Assembly (NCBI GenBank): GCA_963733195.1
Contig: CAVTCR010000017.1
Span: forward strand, 32,001-96,000
Source: an uncultured delta proteobacterium
GTDB lineage: Bacteria; Desulfobacterota; Binatia; Bin18
Length of the DNA: 64,000 nt
Direction: 5' to 3'
The notes under the pieces were generated by a model that searched no databases, had not been told where the DNA came from, and saw only the letters and a program-made list of their open reading frames with translations. Positions 20,010 to 29,027 of the stretch are shown one piece after another (positions within the stretch are counted from its first letter, which is position 1; every line of letters starts with the position of its first letter). A program made the translations under genes and the position numbers.

Positions 20010-20154
20010 GGTACGTTTGACTCCACCTGTACTTTGGCAAGAACCATTCTGCCTGCTTCGCGTGCTTCCCGCCAGGCTACATTTTCGAAGATGATTGTGG
20101 TCGGATGAACGATTTTCCTTCCCAATGTATCTCTCTTTGTATATACTTCTCTAG

Positions 20155-20451
20155 ATGGACGGGTTCGAGTGGGATGAGGTGAAGCGGCTGGCCAACATCG
20201 CGCGGCGCGGTGTGGACTTTGAAGATGCGGCCCTAATTTTTGAGAACCCTGTCCTTGAGGCCGAAGACGGACGCACCGCCTACGGCGAAAAACGGTTTCG
20301 GGCGCTGGGGCATGTGGACAAGGACTACTTTGTCGTGACGTACACATGGCGCGGCGACACCCGGCGCATCATCAGTGCGTGGAAGGTAGGCAAACGTGGC
20401 CAAAGAAGATATACGGCGCTTCTCACTAGCGGAACTCAAGGCAAGGCGTAA
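20155..20451 (+). CDS. BrnT-family toxin
   Basis: FEWDEVKRLANIARRGVDFEDA, YGEKRF, RRIISAWK. Confidence 0.9.
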   Translation: MDGFEWDEVKRLANIARRGVDFEDAALIFENPVLEAEDGRTAYGEKRFRALGHVDKDYFVVTYTWRGDTRRIISAWKVGKRGQRRYTALLTSGTQGKA

Positions 20452-20680
20452 GAAGGGACTGACCAAGACGCGCCCGGACGCGCCAGAGATTGAGCTTGAC
20501 GAAGCGTTCTGGAAAAGCGCCCGTGTGGTCCTGCCGGGGGAGCACAGGAAGAAGCTGGTCAGCTTGCGGCTTGATAGTGAGGTATTCGACTGGTTCAAGA
20601 CACAAGGCCGTGGCCATCTTAGCCGTATGAGCGCCATTCTCCGCGCTTATATGGAATCTCACCGGGAACAGCGTCCTTAA
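20396..20680 (+). CDS. BrnA-family antitoxin
   Basis: KKLVSLRLDSEVFDWFKTQGRGHLSRMSAILRAYM; overlaps the toxin gene. Confidence 0.9.
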   Translation: MAKEDIRRFSLAELKARRKKGLTKTRPDAPEIELDEAFWKSARVVLPGEHRKKLVSLRLDSEVFDWFKTQGRGHLSRMSAILRAYMESHREQRP

Positions 20681-20686
20681 CACGCT

Positions 20687-20820
20687 ATGATGAACGACAA
20701 CCGGAAAACACCGCACTTCTCTTGAAGTGGAGAAGCTACTGGCAGTCGTAAAAGGAGCTCGGCACGAAGCCCGCGACCGCTTGCTCCTGCTGTTGTTACT
20801 GACGCACTTCTGACACGGTT
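20687..20820 (+). pseudogene. N-terminal stub of a FimB/FimE-like tyrosine recombinase (not in ORF track)
   Basis: Manual translation KHRTSLEVEKLLAVVKGARHEARDRLLLLLLLTHF*HG resembles the RKHLT.EVEKL...ARDR.LLLL.FRHG start of FimB-like recombinases. Confidence 0.65.
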
Positions 20821-20868
20821 CGATTCCTGTTTCATTGGGTTTCTCTATGAGGAGTCATCCCACTTGCC

Positions 20869-21243
20869 TCATCCGCTCCTCAGAGGTGCCTGTGGAAGAT
20901 CTGTGCGAGGCAACAGAACTGCAATATCCCCCAGACTGCGCACACAAGCCTGGAGAAGTATGACGCCACGATTGACGTGTGCACGGAAATAGTCCGGTAC
21001 CCGCGCGAGATCTACGCCATCTCGCCGGCAGCGTTCTTTCAGTAAGGCAACAAAGAGATCATCGTACTCCCCAAGCAGGGTATAGCGATTAAACTCCCGT
21101 TCCTCTTCAGGGTATTCGTTAGGATCTGGCAAAGACGGCTCGGCCAGGGACAGGCAAAACCCAATCCGGCATAAGAGGTTTGGCGTGAGACCGGTACGAC
21201 CAGCGAGAAAGCGTAATCGATTCGAGGCGTCTTTATTGAGTCG
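20869..21243 (-). pseudogene. dndE: DNA sulfur modification protein DndE, 5'-truncated
   Basis: Frame extends upstream of the ORF call: RLNKDASNRLRFLAGRTGLTPNLLCRIGFCLSLAEP...EFNRYTLLGEYDDLFVALLKERC...FRAHVNRG; no start codon before the TGA at 21265. Confidence 0.75.
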
Positions 21244-21264
21244 CTCCGTTGCGCTTTGTCTATT

Positions 21265-22168
21265 TCACACACCCTGAAATTTATTTTTTCTATGCCAGGA
21301 AAGATGAATGGGATCAGGCCACACAACACGTTCCCTGGGGAGTCGGATCTTCTGTCCGTGATAATCACGAAGCGCTTTTTGATCAGGGCTCTGCTCCGTA
21401 AACTGCCCAACGGCGACGACCACAGTATAGTCATCAGCAATAGTCCAGAGACCTTGGTCAAACAGCCAGTGAGCATTCTTGCTCAGGGCTAAGACCGTTC
21501 CGTGCGTCATTGTTACGCGAATCGGCAAACTGGTGGATATGTGCTGCATCTACAATACTACCTGCATCGATAGTTGTCAGTCGATAGTTCGTTAGCGCGC
21601 AGGTGTAATCGTAGGCAGCAACGACAGTCAGACGGAAGCGAGCTTCACGGCCTTGTTGTCTAGCGGAATAGACAGCATTGTCGATTGTCTCAGCAATACT
21701 GTCTTTCTCATCGGTGACGTGTAAACCAACAAGCGAGTAAAGCGCTACACGTTCTGCCGGTTGGAAATGCTTCTCGATCAGAATACGACGAGCTTTGTCG
21801 CGTAAGGCTGGGTCTTTCGCAAAAGCAACAAATTCTTCGTTCAAGGCGGCATACCGAGTCAAACGCTTATCAGGCGAGGGTTTACTGTTTTCATCAAGCG
21901 CAGACCAGAAGCCATCGCTTTGCAAATAATGAAACGGCAAACGCACATCCGGAGGTTGAGTGCGACGATGAGCTACGACGTTCCAAAACGCAAAGAAACG
22001 GAAGGCAAGTTCAGGGGAAAGTGATAAAACATCCTCCGGTAGTTGCCCTTGCTCAGCGAGTTCCAAGACCACAAGGAGAAGTAGCGGCTTGTGAGGTGCC
22101 GGATCACCTCGGGCGCGATCTACTCTCAACTGAGTGAATTTTGCAAGCCAGTACTCAGAGTTTTTCAT
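21265..22168 (-). CDS. SBD-HNH endonuclease (phosphorothioated-DNA-binding restriction nuclease family), frameshift near 21490
   Basis: APHKPLLLL and RLPFHYLQSDGFW (sulfur-binding domain), FRLTVVAAYDYTCALT, DAAHI...NG, then LSKNAHWLFDQG in the second frame. Confidence 0.8.
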
Positions 22169-22360
22169 ACTCGCGACCGCCAATGCCTTTAGAATATATA
22201 GGGCCAGAAGAAAGAGAAAGGCGTTTCCCCCGCACAAAGGTACAGAAACATATGAGAAGAAATCGGACAAGTTCGAGAAGTCTATTGACTTCCTTCGTTG
22301 CTTGTCTCGTAGGGAAAACAGCGATATTCACCAGATGATCCACAAAATCGCGAGAGAGTA

Positions 22361-22677
22361 TGCTGGAGGTTCTTCTGGGAGGAGCAAGACTGGGCTATCC
22401 AGAAAATTTTGAAGAACTATTTCAGTGTGGTAACGGAAGTATTCCCCTCTGACTGACAGTCGAAAGATTCGTCATTGGGGAAAACAATCGGATTCTCTGT
22501 ATTCATGAGATTGCTTGGCGACTTGGCGAAGAAAGGTTTGTCAGTGCAACCCGAGCCGCGTCTTGACCATGAATTCTTTCTTAATTTATTTGAGTAGGCA
22601 AATTATTGGCGCCGTTCACATTCGACAAATACCCCCGGAGCGGAAGCGGCGAGACCAAACTTTATAATGACGTATAG
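22361..22677 (+). pseudogene. C-terminal remnant resembling DGQHR-domain (DndB-like) proteins
   Basis: Manual translation RFFWEEQDWAIQKILKNYFSVVTEVFPSD*...LGKTIGFSVFMRLL...FE* then FTFDKYPRSGSGETKLYND; two in-frame stops and a frameshift. Confidence 0.5.
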
Positions 22678-22798
22678 TCTGCCATTTTAGATTGAGGGCA
22701 GCACTGCGCAGTAGGACCCGTCTCTATACATGACTGTTAGCCGTCAGACAGAACCCAACCATTGCGCTGCCAGAGAGAGGAAGTTAGGCTGACGTTGT

Positions 22799-23092
22799 AT
22801 GGATCCCTTGACGCTTATCGAAGCTCACGAGACTGAATTGCGTGCCCTTGGCGCGCAACGTATCGGTGTCTTTGGTTCTTTTGCCAGAGGAGAAGCCACG
22901 GCAGAGAGCGACGTTGATGTCTATCTGGAATTTGCGAAAGACAAGAAGAACTATGACAACTTCTTTGCCATTTATGAACTGCTTCAAGGACTTTTTGGCC
23001 GACCTATCGATCTCGTTACTGACGGCTCGTTGAGTGAACGGAAAGCCCGGATCATTCTTCCTACCGTGCGCTATGCAGCCCTCAACACTTGA
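22799..23092 (+). CDS. Minimal nucleotidyltransferase (MNT antitoxin-like)
   Basis: IGVFGSFARGEATAESDVDVYLEF, FGRPIDLVT. Confidence 0.9.
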   Translation: MDPLTLIEAHETELRALGAQRIGVFGSFARGEATAESDVDVYLEFAKDKKNYDNFFAIYELLQGLFGRPIDLVTDGSLSERKARIILPTVRYAALNT

Positions 23093-23107
23093 CCAGGAAG
23101 ACCGCAT

Positions 23108-23449
23108 TTGAGAAAGAGCCGGCAACCCACACGGCCTCCTACCGCCTCAAAAGTAATTGACGATTTCATTGGAGGGGATGATGAACTTCGGGAGATGATT
23201 CGACAGGAGGTGTTGAACTCTGAAATCGGTCAGATGATTTACGACGCACGCACAAAAGCTGGTCTGACACAGCAGCAACTTGCCAACCGCCTCGGAACAA
23301 CCCAATCGGTCATATCGCGTCTAGAGAGCGCTGATTACGAGGGTCATTCACTGAGTATGTTGCAGCGCATCGCAGAAGCCTTGGGGCACAAACTGGAATT
23401 GAGACTTTCAGCGGCAGCGCAGGAGGCGTCTCCCTCTTATTTCGGATAG
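23108..23449 (+). CDS. XRE-family HTH regulator/antitoxin
   Basis: ARTKAGLTQQQLANRLGTTQSVISRLESADYEGHSLSMLQRIAEAL. Confidence 0.88.
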   Translation: MRKSRQPTRPPTASKVIDDFIGGDDELREMIRQEVLNSEIGQMIYDARTKAGLTQQQLANRLGTTQSVISRLESADYEGHSLSMLQRIAEALGHKLELRLSAAAQEASPSYFG

Positions 23450-23618
23450 CGAATCGCGTAGATCGCGATCGCGAGAAAGACCAAGGAGACACGACCCACA
23501 AAACAGCGACAAACGTTTCCATACCTAAAAGCTCCCGTAAGCTTTGGATTTGTCGCTCGATATCCACAAGGCAGGTAAATGGTAAGAAAACCCACTATCC
23601 GTGAGGAAGTGATATGAA

Positions 23619-24331
23619 TCATGTAGTCTGAGTCATTCGCTGGACAAACTCTGCATGCTCACGGCTTGCTATACCTTCCCCGAGCGTTTTCAGGACTCCG
23701 GCTAAGTCTCCCTGTAACATCGCCGCAGCATCGAGCCAGAGACCAGGAAAGGTCTCGCTTTGATATATCTCCGCCTCACTCGGAGATAAACGCTCGTAGC
23801 GACCATCACGCAAGACAAACCAATCAATCGCATTGTCCACTGTCCGCCAGACGATATACTCACGGACACCGTGGCGACGATAGACATCTAACTTTTGGTG
23901 CAAATCATAGGCAACACTACTGGAAGCAACCTCTGCCACCAACTCAGGGGGACCTTCGATAAAGCCATCAGCAGCCACACGAGACTGGCCGCCGTTGGTG
24001 AGACGAAGGAGCACATCTGGTTGCGGTTCGTTGTCCAAGTCCAACCGGACGGTGGCGTTATCGCTCGACCTCGATCTCCAGGGGTCGATGCAGTGTACAC
24101 TACCTAGCCAGGTATTCAAGCGCGGAATGTTGCGCGGCCATGTCCTTTATAACGAACGGGTGAAGGCATGTAGACTACTCCTTCGATGAGTTCTGCTTTC
24201 TTGAGATGAGGCATTGCTTCATAGCGACGCTCAAACTCCGGGCGTGTCAGTTGGTCGCCATTTTCAAGCAGAGGAACTCCCCGAACAACTGCTGAAGCTT
24301 GAGTTGATGTGGATTGAGATGAAATAGACAT
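23619..24331 (-). CDS. Uma2-family PD-(D/E)XK endonuclease (frameshifts near 24060-24140)
   Basis: [69 protein letters not shown]. Confidence 0.85.
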
Positions 24332-24365
24332 GAGAAAAACTTCTCTCCTCTATGAGATATTCTCT

Positions 24366-24584
24366 TTATTTAATGAGCAGGTGCTTCTCACGATCGGCAG
24401 CATAAGCCAAACAGGCCCGGATATCTTCTTCGGTGAGATACGGGAAGTCATCAAGAACTTCCTGTTGCGACATGCCGGAAGCCAAATACTCCAGCACCTC
24501 ATAGACTGTAGTTCGCATCCCCCGGATACAAGGCTTGCCGCCGCGCTTACCAGGCTCGATGGTGATGATGTCTTGGTAATTCAT
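24366..24584 (-). CDS. DUF433-domain protein (antitoxin-like)
   Basis: ITIEPGKRGGKPCIRGMR, EVLDDFPYLTEEDIRACLAYAA. Confidence 0.92.
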   Translation of the reverse strand: MNYQDIITIEPGKRGGKPCIRGMRTTVYEVLEYLASGMSQQEVLDDFPYLTEEDIRACLAYAADREKHLLIK

Positions 24585-25270
24585 GCGCTGATGGTAGAAC
24601 TAACCGTCATTATCAGCAAGAGTTCGGAGATACCCTTTACAAACCGCATGAATTTCTCAATTAATTCTCACTACGAGCGGCATGAAGACACGAATACACG
24701 CAGCATTCGGCAAACGAGTCAACGGAAACCTGTATTTTCACGTCACAGCGCTTGAAGGGCTTGACCCTTACGTCCGCGAGCAGGTACAACGTGCGGCTCT
24801 TCAAGCTGAGTCTTGAGATAGAAGCTGAGTTCAACGTTATAAAAATTGACGAGAAAGATCAGCAAATTTCTTTGCTGTACTACGAGAACTTCTTTGAGAA
24901 TCCATTTCCTGCGTTGCAACGTTTATGTGCCGTAGATGTAGAGTCTGGTCGCATCAAACAACTCCGTTACGATCGTGTCCAAGAATCCCCCTATTCTCCA
25001 TCGCAAAGAACTCTTGCTGCCTCCAGATCATCCTCAAGTGCTCACTTTTTGCCTCTCTGACGCAGCAGCTCGAATCGCTCAGCCTCTTTCAAGATACGCG
25101 TCGTATTGGACTCTTGCGTGTAATGGCAGGAACGTTTGCATTCCGCAGGGTACGAGGTTCGTAACCATCAATTATTTCCTTTGAATGGAAAGTCACAGCT
25201 AAAAGAGTCAGCAGTCTAGAGACACTTGCCCGGCATCGTACTGCCCTGCAGCGCTACGCGCTTTCAACCT
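24536..25270 (+). repeat. Direct repeat copy 1 (about 730 bp; copy 2 at about 26084-26808)
   Basis: Near-identical sequence from ggtgatgatgtcttggtaattcat through gcgct(t/c)tcaacc in both copies. Confidence 0.9.
24682..25270 (+). pseudogene. Truncated, frameshifted copy of the 5' end of the PT-associated methyltransferase
   Basis: Same ATGAAGACACGAATAC start as 26227; encodes EAEFNVIKIDEKDQ and NPPILHRKELLLPPDHPQV; ends after RHRTALQRYALST. Confidence 0.85.
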
Positions 25271-25470
25271 CTAGACAAAAAGGGAAGGCCCGTTCACCAC
25301 TCTAGGGAAAATCTGCGAAAGAGGTTCGTGTAGCAACATTAACAAGGGAGCCATTGGGCGGTTATCACTTTGCCTCAGCCGCTACGGCTTTTCACTGCTT
25401 CGTTTTGTATTTACTCAAAACCACTCGCAGGTTGCGGTCGGCTCAGAGGTGCTTGGTTAAGCCATCTGCC

Positions 25471-25749
25471 TTAGCTCTGCGAAGCCTCTGTCACTTTCTC
25501 CGTCAACCAGACATTAATTAGAGTCTCTGTCGATACTCCCTGCTTGCGAGCACATTCTGTGAGCTTCTTTGCTAATTTTGGCTCTAGTGCCGTTAGAAAT
25601 ACCCGGCGTTGAATATCTACCTCAAAGCTCGCTTCGCGCGTCTGGTCCCAGTAGTCCGTTAAATCATGGCTGTCCCAAAACTCTGCTGCCTCAGCCACAC
25701 TGTGGAAGTGTTGCGGAATCGGCTCTCGTTTTTTGTTACTTCTTCGCAT
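25471..25749 (-). CDS. CopG-type antitoxin (BrnA/CopG family)
   Basis: IPQHFHSVAEAAEFWDSHDLTDYW, ARKQGVSTETLINVWLTEKV. Confidence 0.88.
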   Translation of the reverse strand: MRRSNKKREPIPQHFHSVAEAAEFWDSHDLTDYWDQTREASFEVDIQRRVFLTALEPKLAKKLTECARKQGVSTETLINVWLTEKVTEASQS

Positions 25750-26020
25750 AGGCTCGTTTCTCTTTCTTAGTCATCTCTCGGGCACTGACAATCAGGGCTT
25801 CCTTAGTGGTCTTGTAGATAAAATAGATGATGAGATAACGCCCTGCAGCTGTCCGTCCCATTGCCGCGTACAAATCTTCGCCTTCTACATCCCCCCTCTC
25901 AATGAAACGAAAACGGCGTACCGCCGCCAGGGCTTCGTCGACTTCCTCGGTCGTGACCTGATGCTTCCACGCCAGCTTGTCAACGACTTCCCTCAACCAA
26001 ATGATTCCCGTTATTCTCAT
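25736..26020 (-). CDS. BrnT-family toxin
   Basis: IIWLREVVDKLAWKHQVTTEEVDE, GRTAAGRYL, IVSAREMTKKEKRAY; start ATG 26020. Confidence 0.88.
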   Translation of the reverse strand: MRITGIIWLREVVDKLAWKHQVTTEEVDEALAAVRRFRFIERGDVEGEDLYAAMGRTAAGRYLIIYFIYKTTKEALIVSAREMTKKEKRAYAKK

Positions 26021-26083
26021 TTGCCATGCAGTATGCTTGTCTGGCCCTCTGGAGCGCAACCCGCAGATAAAGACCTAACTCTG

Positions 26084-26808
26084 TTGCCGCACTTACCAAG
26101 CTCATGGTGATGATGTCTTGGTAATTCATACGCTGATGGTAGAACTAACCGTCGTTATCAGCAAGAGTTCGGGGATACCCTTTACAAACGGCACTGATTT
26201 CTCAATCAATTCTCACTACGAGCGGCATGAAGACACGAATACGCGCAGCATTAGGCAAACGAGTCAACGGAAACCTGTACTTTCACGTCACAGCGCTTGA
26301 AGGGCTTGACCCTTACGTCCGCGAGCAGGTACGACGTGCGGCTCTTCAAGCTAGTCTTGAGATAGAAGCTGAGTTCAACGTTATAAAAATTGACGAGAAA
26401 GATCAGCACATTTCCCTTCTGTACTATGAACACTTCTTCGACAATCCATTTCCCGCCCTGCAGCGTTCGTGCGTCGTCGATTTAGGGTCTGCTCGCGTCA
26501 AGCATCTTCGCTACGATCTCTCGAACAATCCGCCGATTCTGCATCGCAAGGAACTTTTGTTGCCTCCAGACCATCCTCAGGTCCCGCTTTTTGCCTCTCT
26601 TACAGCGCAACTGGAGGCTCTCGGACTGTTCTACAACTCCCGACGTATCGGCTTTGCGTGCCAATGGCAGGAGCGTTTGCAATTGGCGGGGTATGAGGTC
26701 CGGGACCATCAATTAGTTCCGCTAAACGGTACGTTACAACAAGAGAGGCTGTTGACGGAGGTACCTGCCCGCCATCGTACCGCCCTGCAGCGCTATGCGC
26801 TCTCAACC
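26084..26808 (+). repeat. Direct repeat copy 2
   Basis: Matches 24536-25270; includes a 5' stub of the DUF433 gene on the minus strand and the intact methyltransferase start. Confidence 0.9.
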
Positions 26809-28800
26809 CCTATGCAGGCACTGCAACGGCATGGTTATTTGGATGTGTCACGAACCATTTTTGATTATGGTTGTGGTAAGGGCGATGACATACGCATTCT
26901 ACGTCAGAATGGCCTCGATGCCGTTGGATGGGACCCGCACTTTGCGCCGGATACTCCCAAAGAGCCAACCGACGTTGTGAATCTTGGCTTTGTCATCAAC
27001 GTCATCGAAGATTCTGATGAGCGAGCCGAAGCGCTTCGTGGCGCGTATGCGCTCACCAAATGTGTCTTATCTGTTGGAGTCATGCTTGCTCGTACTGAGC
27101 AGTTAGAAGCGGAGCAGTATAACGACGGTGTCCGCACGCGGCGCAACACCTTCCAAAAATACTTCACCCAGCGTGAACTTAAAGCGTACCTCCAGTCAGT
27201 ACTCGGGAAAGAACCAGTCGCTGTTGGGCCAGGCATCTTTTTTGTCTTCAAAGATGAAGACGAGGAACAGCGCTTCTTTGCCCGTCGGGTACGCAATCGC
27301 GGCGGACTCGACCAACTCATTCGCCGTTTACCAAAGCCAACCAAAGAAGAACGAGAGCAGACATTCTACAATACACATCGTGTGTTGCTCGAACAGCTAT
27401 GGGAGACCTGGTTGGAACTGGGTCGGAAACCAGAGTTGAGTGAAGTTCCACGGCCTACAGAAATCGAAAATGCTTTTGGGTCACTCACAAAGGCGTTGCG
27501 ATTTCTCGAACGGTTTCATGGTACTGAGGCAGTAACAGCAGCGTTTCGTTCACGCAAAGAGGATCTGTTGGTCTACTTTGCCTTGCAGCAATTTGAGCAA
27601 CGGACACGTTATGCGACACTTTCGGAAGAACTCCGGCGAGACATCAAAACGTTTTTCGGAAATTATCACAACGCCCAGGCGGAAGCACGGCAATTGCTCT
27701 TTTCTGCTGGAAAGCGTGACCTCATCCGGCAACTCTGCCGAGAAGCTGCAGGCAACGGGCTTGGTTGGCTCGAAAAAGATCGGGCGCTATATCTGCATAC
27801 CAGCCTTGTTGAACGGCTTCCCGCTGTGCTGCGTGTCTACGTTGGATGTGCCAGCTACGTGTTCGGCGACGTGACCAGCGCGGATCTCATCAAGATTCAC
27901 ACCGACTCGGCGAAGATTACCCTTCTGTCATGCGATGATTTTGCAGGAAAGCCACTCCCCCGTTTGCTGGAGCGTATTCAGATTCGGTTGCGAGACCAAG
28001 ATGTCGACCGCTTTACCTTCAGCGGCCCACACGAGCCCCCTTATATCTACCGGAAATCACGGTTCATTACCGCAGACTTTCCCCACTATGAAGAGCAAGT
28101 TGCTTTTGAGAAAGCGCTTGACGCACTCCACCTCTTCAACTTTGACGACGGAATCAGTCTTCCAGCTCAGGTTTTTGACGATCGACTGAAAGCGGTCCGT
28201 GTAGAACTTGATGGTTTTACCGTGAAATCGTCTAACACCTTGCCACGCCTGGATGATCTCTGTGGCCAACATTTCTGCTATCGCGATTTTATTACGTGTG
28301 GAGAAACACAAGCGAAGACTGGTTTCCCGAATATCCCTCAGCAAGTCGACACCTATAACGCCCTAACACGCTTGGCGACGCAGATTCTTGATCCAGTCAT
28401 TGACTATTTTGGCGAGATCGTTCTGACGTACGGATTCTGCTCACGTGAACTTGCCAAACACATTCCTGGTCGCATTGCGCCAGCACTCGATCAACACGCG
28501 AGTCACGAGCTGAACACGCGCGGACAACCCATCTGTAAACGGCTGGGTGCAGCAGTCGATTTTATTGTCACTGATGAGAGTATGCTCGAAGTTGCACAGT
28601 GGATCGTGCAACACACACCATTTGATCGGTTGTACTTCTATGGTGATGACAAGCCTGTTCACGTAAGCTGTGGGCCGGATGATAAGCGTGAGATCGTCAT
28701 CATGAAAGCCAGTAAAAGTGATCGTTCGGTCCCCAGAGTAATAAAGGTTGAAACATTTCTCGCGTTGTCGCGGGATACCGCTAAGACGATTCCTCTCTGA
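26227..28800 (+). CDS. DNA phosphorothioation-associated putative methyltransferase (TIGR04096-like) with C-terminal peptidase M15-like domain
   Basis: RHRTALQRYALSTP, FDYGCGKGDD, GWDPHF, DVVNLGFVINVIED, TRRNTFQKYFTQ, LRVYVGCA; tail DQHASHE...GAAVDF...PVHVS. Confidence 0.85.
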   Translation: MKTRIRAALGKRVNGNLYFHVTALEGLDPYVREQVRRAALQASLEIEAEFNVIKIDEKDQHISLLYYEHFFDNPFPALQRSCVVDLGSARVKHLRYDLSNNPPILHRKELLLPPDHPQVPLFASLTAQLEALGLFYNSRRIGFACQWQERLQLAGYEVRDHQLVPLNGTLQQERLLTEVPARHRTALQRYALSTPMQALQRHGYLDVSRTIFDYGCGKGDDIRILRQNGLDAVGWDPHFAPDTPKEPTDVVNLGFVINVIEDSDERAEALRGAYALTKCVLSVGVMLARTEQLEAEQYNDGVRTRRNTFQKYFTQRELKAYLQSVLGKEPVAVGPGIFFVFKDEDEEQRFFARRVRNRGGLDQLIRRLPKPTKEEREQTFYNTHRVLLEQLWETWLELGRKPELSEVPRPTEIENAFGSLTKALRFLERFHGTEAVTAAFRSRKEDLLVYFALQQFEQRTRYATLSEELRRDIKTFFGNYHNAQAEARQLLFSAGKRDLIRQLCREAAGNGLGWLEKDRALYLHTSLVERLPAVLRVYVGCASYVFGDVTSADLIKIHTDSAKITLLSCDDFAGKPLPRLLERIQIRLRDQDVDRFTFSGPHEPPYIYRKSRFITADFPHYEEQVAFEKALDALHLFNFDDGISLPAQVFDDRLKAVRVELDGFTVKSSNTLPRLDDLCGQHFCYRDFITCGETQAKTGFPNIPQQVDTYNALTRLATQILDPVIDYFGEIVLTYGFCSRELAKHIPGRIAPALDQHASHELNTRGQPICKRLGAAVDFIVTDESMLEVAQWIVQHTPFDRLYFYGDDKPVHVSCGPDDKREIVIMKASKSDRSVPRVIKVETFLALSRDTAKTIPL

Positions 28801-29027
28801 CCTTTCCCCTACGACAAAGATATTGTCACGCCTTGATAGACACGGACAATCTTCGTATTCTCTAGCGGACGGGCGAATGTCCAGAGAAGAGGAAGACATG
28901 ACTAAGCGAGCTGTTCCCTTGGAGCTTTTGAAACGATGAACGACGAACACAGAACGATAGAATAGACCGAGTCTTATTTTTCTTCGTAACTCTTCCATTT
29001 TACATTCTGCATTCTACATTTCTTCTG

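Noticed and set aside
23437-23622. 61-aa minus-strand ORF coupled to the Uma2 stop
   Set aside because: No recognisable motif; could be a remnant but cannot be supported
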